DNA of 64,000 nucleotides from an uncultured archaeon (GTDB lineage Archaea; Thermoproteota; Nitrososphaeria; Nitrososphaerales; Gagatemarchaeaceae): NCBI GenBank assembly GCA_963799775.1, contig CAWCYD010000003.1, positions 864,001 to 928,000 of the forward strand, read 5' to 3'. Shown piece by piece: positions 60,501 to 64,000 of this stretch (position 1 is its first letter; each line of letters starts with the position of its first letter). The notes under the pieces were generated by a model. It saw only the letters and a program-made list of their open reading frames with translations, ran no database searches and was not told where the DNA came from. The position numbers and the translations under genes were made by a program.

Positions 60501-63404
60501 TCAAGATGAATGGTTTCTGTCAATCGTGGAATCTGTATGATGCTCTCTTCCTAGTCTTCTCTCTACGAACGGAAGAAGGAAATAAGCAGCGGCAACTGCA
60601 ATACAAAGAGACCAAAATGCCCCCGAAATGGCCAGCCCGAGATTGAAATACGGCTGAGCCATGTCTTCGATAGTAAGCTCCCCGTTGTCCGTTGCATTCA
60701 GTACCCAACCGTTGGCATACCCATCCACCAGAATGTGGTCGGCAGAGGGAATGGTGCGACCGTCAAGGCTTGCTTTCCATTGGTCGCTAAATAATTGCGT
60801 CAGTACGACCGTTGTCGGGCCGGCGAAGTCAAATCTCCCGTGCCATTGCGACATCGTCGAAGGTTCCAGTGTCAGACCTTGACTTTCGTTGAGTGCTGGG
60901 GACGCTGATCTGTAGAAGACCGCAAGTGAAGATTTCAAGTCAGACCCACTTGAAGACTCTTGATACAGGTTTGTGAGTTCGTTAGGGGTGAGAGCCACAT
61001 TCAAAACAAAGGGTTCGCCTATGGAACAGGAACAATAGTCACTGGCATCGTCTCTGGCGCCAATAGCCATCGAGTCGGACGAAGTTACTGGCGGTTTCGG
61101 TGCAGCGGTAAGGCCTACCAAGCCACCGTCTTCGAAGATCTGCAATAGGCCGCCGTCCCATGTTGCCTCCAAGAAATGCCACTGTCCTACCGACAGAGCG
61201 ACGCTGGCTGACAATCCTTGGTTTCCCGAGCCGTCGAAATAGACCACCTCGGGAACACAATCATGCTGCGAGAGAATAAAGGACCAATTGTTTGACCCGC
61301 TACTTCCTTTGCCCATCATGTATGAGATGGCATTTTGATTGCAAGAGTTTAGCTTCACCCAGAGCCCAAGTGTAAATCCCGTAGATAGCCGCAGGGAACT
61401 GCTATCCGGAACCAAGAGGTAGTTCGATGCTCCATCAAAATTCATGCATGACATCGAGGGGCAGGATGATCCGGCGAGCCAATCCGGCGAGCCAATCACC
61501 TTTGCTGAGTTGTTGTTCGGCGAGCTATCTCTAGCAATTGTTCCGGCCCCCTCGTTGAGCTTCCAGTAGCCAACGATGTTCGGTGCGAGGCTCGTTAGCT
61601 GTGTCGCATACAAACCCATGGTGTTCCAGGATGTTTGGAAGATGTCAAAGTACTCGTTCGAAACAATAAGTCTGAAGTTGTCGCCAGAGAGCATGGAAGC
61701 GCTTGCGTTGTTAAGCCAGGAAGGGGCGTCGAGGAGGTCTTTGTGCACGAGGATATAGTGAATGTTGAGCTTTTGAAGCAAGCTTATGGCTTCCGGCGAG
61801 TTGACGTTACCGTCCGCAATGTACTGGTATATCGCACCGTAACCGATGGCTTCGTAATCATTCGAGTATTCGGCGACCTCGACGTTCGGAGGAACCAGTC
61901 TGCTGCCCCACAGGGTAAAGCACCCAGGCCCATCCGCCCAAGTAAATCCCCCCGTGGATTGCCCGCTACAGTTGTACTGTAGATTGATTGCGGGGAGTTC
62001 AAGGAGCCTTTCTCCTGGAGGCGCGCTTGAAAGTTCATCGTGTATCTTCAGATAGTCCGCTGGAAGGGGGAAGCCGGTTGTTGGACTGACATCACTATTT
62101 ATCATCGCCCCGTCAAGGACGGGGTAAGAGTCCAAGAGGACCAAGACAATCAGCGCCACTGCAAGGGCCTGCTGTTTGCGCCCAGAGAAGCGCTGAAGCA
62201 ACTTCTCTGCAGCCAAACCGAAGAGCGCGGCTACAGCCAACCAGAGACCATAGAGTAGGTAGACCGGATTGATGAAGTAGGTATTGAAGTAGTGGAAACC
62301 AAAAAGAAAGACGTTGCTGAGCAGGGGATACGTCAAAGTTGTCAGGAATAAGACATGGAGCAAGCCCAAGACTACGAAGAAAAGAGATGCCCGTTCTCTC
62401 CTGGTTATTATCGCGGAATAGGCTATGACGGAGGTCGCCGCCAAGGAGACGTAAACCCAAGGCTGCAAGTATGCGGGCCCCCAACCCCAAACGCCTTCCA
62501 GAAGTCCAACTGCGTTGTACTGAATTGCGTTCTTGCTGGCGATGTTAACGATAGACTGCATGGCAGCGTTCGAAATCGTCGCCGGTGAATTGAATGACCC
62601 ACTGATGTTGCCGAAAACCGTCGCGTTACTGAGCACGGAATAAAAATATGGCACAAAGAAGTAGGCCGCGGAGATACCACAAAAGAGGAAACAAGTGATC
62701 AAGTAGACGGTTTTTCGGGCGAATGCCCCTGACTTTGGAAACGTCACGACACTGTATGCTATGGTCACCACCGGGATGAACACAATCGAATATCCGGTTG
62801 AAATTGCCAATGCGAAGAATAACGAATACCCCATTGCATACAGGATCCAACGCGAACTCTTCGTGCCCCTGATGAAGAGGCCCAGCATGACAGGTGCGGA
62901 ACCTGCTGTCACGCTCGATATGTTCGAGCTGAAAGGTTCACCAAGCGGAGCAAATTGATACAGGAGTGCGCCCATGAACTTACCAAGCGTCGCAGCGCGA
63001 GACTCTGAGGTTTCAATCTGACTTAAGAGAAAATACATGCCAACTCCTCGGCAGAGCCAGGGCACAACGTAGACGAGTCGATTGGCTTGCACGATCGAGA
63101 TACCAAGAAACCCGGCGAGATATTGGAGGCCGTACACTGGGACAGCTCCAGGCACTCCCGCGTTCTGGACTGCGAACTCACCTCCTATGGTTGTAATCGC
63201 TGAAATTGAGTTCAGAAGGGCGTCAAGCGGGTAGAACCTGAAGACGGCATCCCATTCGTACCAAATTGAATTGCCGAACAATCCCATGCGCAGCCATGGC
63301 AGACAACCCGCCACAAGCAGCACTACGAGGGGTACGCCGTGAATCCTGGCCAGATGAAATAGCGGTCCAATACTTTTCAGCCGACCTCCAATAGCCTGAT
63401 TCAG
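60501..63404 (-). CDS. GT-C-like multi-TM protein with LamG domain, paralogue 3 (start CTG 63404 or 63380; track start 63323)
   Basis: Shares WYEWDAVFRFYPLDAL, LLYQFAPLGEPFSSNISSVTAG, LamG and GYANGW with paralogue 2. Confidence 0.8.
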   Translation of the reverse strand: MNQAIGGRLKSIGPLFHLARIHGVPLVVLLVAGCLPWLRMGLFGNSIWYEWDAVFRFYPLDALLNSISAITTIGGEFAVQNAGVPGAVPVYGLQYLAGFLGISIVQANRLVYVVPWLCRGVGMYFLLSQIETSESRAATLGKFMGALLYQFAPLGEPFSSNISSVTAGSAPVMLGLFIRGTKSSRWILYAMGYSLFFALAISTGYSIVFIPVVTIAYSVVTFPKSGAFARKTVYLITCFLFCGISAAYFFVPYFYSVLSNATVFGNISGSFNSPATISNAAMQSIVNIASKNAIQYNAVGLLEGVWGWGPAYLQPWVYVSLAATSVIAYSAIITRRERASLFFVVLGLLHVLFLTTLTYPLLSNVFLFGFHYFNTYFINPVYLLYGLWLAVAALFGLAAEKLLQRFSGRKQQALAVALIVLVLLDSYPVLDGAMINSDVSPTTGFPLPADYLKIHDELSSAPPGERLLELPAINLQYNCSGQSTGGFTWADGPGCFTLWGSRLVPPNVEVAEYSNDYEAIGYGAIYQYIADGNVNSPEAISLLQKLNIHYILVHKDLLDAPSWLNNASASMLSGDNFRLIVSNEYFDIFQTSWNTMGLYATQLTSLAPNIVGYWKLNEGAGTIARDSSPNNNSAKVIGSPDWLAGSSCPSMSCMNFDGASNYLLVPDSSSLRLSTGFTLGLWVKLNSCNQNAISYMMGKGSSGSNNWSFILSQHDCVPEVVYFDGSGNQGLSASVALSVGQWHFLEATWDGGLLQIFEDGGLVGLTAAPKPPVTSSDSMAIGARDDASDYCSCSIGEPFVLNVALTPNELTNLYQESSSGSDLKSSLAVFYRSASPALNESQGLTLEPSTMSQWHGRFDFAGPTTVVLTQLFSDQWKASLDGRTIPSADHILVDGYANGWVLNATDNGELTIEDMAQPYFNLGLAISGAFWSLCIAVAAAYFLLPFVERRLGREHHTDSTIDRNHSS

Positions 63405-63586
63405 CCTAACTTCAACCTCCGCCCGGTCAAACCGAGACTGCTGCGCTTATTCCACTCATCGGCAATGGCACGAAGCCTGTCTATTAGTATAAGAGTTTCC
63501 AAGGACTGTGCTAACCTATCTGCACAGTCAAAATCGAATGGCTTTCAGCAGCGAACTAAGGCGGCCCAGCGCCGCGGATTCTGGCG

Positions 63587-64000
63587 CTACTTCGTGCCGG
63601 TTATCATTAGGAACGAGCCGAACCGTCTCCTCAGCACCGGGATCTTGACTAGCAACACGGCCGGCCTCTCATAGAAGCTGCCGCCTGAGAGGTTCGGTGA
63701 CTCGGTCTCGATTGAGGTCTTCTGAAAGCCACTGAACATCAGCCTCATGGCTCTCATGGTGAAAGTCTTCTCGATTGGACTTCCTTGCAGGTTTTTGCGT
63801 CTTATCCTTAGGATGGTATCTCTGGCCTTCGTAGCAAACCAATAGTGATAGAGCATGCAGTTGAATTCCTCTCTGGCGACACGTCGAGCTTCGTCGATTC
63901 CTCTCTGTGTGTCCGGAATGTGGTGAAGGACTCCGTTGGAGTAGACCCTTTGGAAGCTGTTCTCCTGGAACGGCAGATTCTCCGCAGAGGCGACGAGGAG
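63587..64000 (-). CDS. Class I SAM methyltransferase, 3' part (5' end outside the window; frameshift near 63865)
   Basis: ASAENLPFQENSFQRVYSNGVLHHIPDT..EARRV then MLYH..ETESP. Confidence 0.8.
   Translation of the reverse strand, partial: LLVASAENLPFQENSFQRVYSNGVLHHIPDTQRGIDEARRVAREEFNCMLYHYWFATKARDTILRIRRKNLQGSPIEKTFTMRAMRLMFSGFQKTSIETESPNLSGGSFYERPAVLLVKIPVLRRRFGSFLMITGTK

Noticed and set aside
1166-62958. Numerous overlapping antisense and alternate-frame ORFs in the track (e.g. 1166-1813, 3755-4369, 13676-14332)
   Set aside because: GC-rich shadows of well-supported genes, with no motifs of their own.
419-63870. About 16 frameshifts as programmed frameshifting or mass pseudogenisation
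   Set aside because: They are single-base indels, several in short homopolymers, scattered over unrelated genes with otherwise intact motifs. Long-read consensus error is the simplest explanation, pending a read check.

Overview
Archaeal DNA (TATA-like boxes, archaeal ATPase, VapBC and COG1361 genes; a Nitrososphaerota-like lineage is my inference) with about 16 single-base frameshifts that look like long-read errors. Layout: a tnpB gene cut by the window start; a MacB-type ABC transporter with a COG1361 surface protein; a GT4 and a spherulin-4 (GH135) gene; a 9-18 kb toxin-antitoxin-rich island around an intein-containing nadE and its stand-alone glutaminase; and a ~45 kb surface-glycan cluster (GT2/GT4/GT-C, NDP-sugar enzymes, AsnB, carbamoyltransferase, a TPP E1 alpha/beta pair, three GT-C-LamG paralogues) with several gene relics. 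The best candidate for an undescribed system is at 17252-18194. A DIP1984/septicolysin-like gene is followed, starting at its stop codon, by a ~200-nt minus-strand rod-shaped RNA. It is closed by a canonical bulge-helix-bulge (predicted 190-nt excised circle) and carries 7-nt UCACAGC-like repeats in its loop. Two further copies of this RNA's 3' arm separate neighbouring toxin-antitoxin cassettes. All calls come from reading the sequence and folding by hand; no searches were run.
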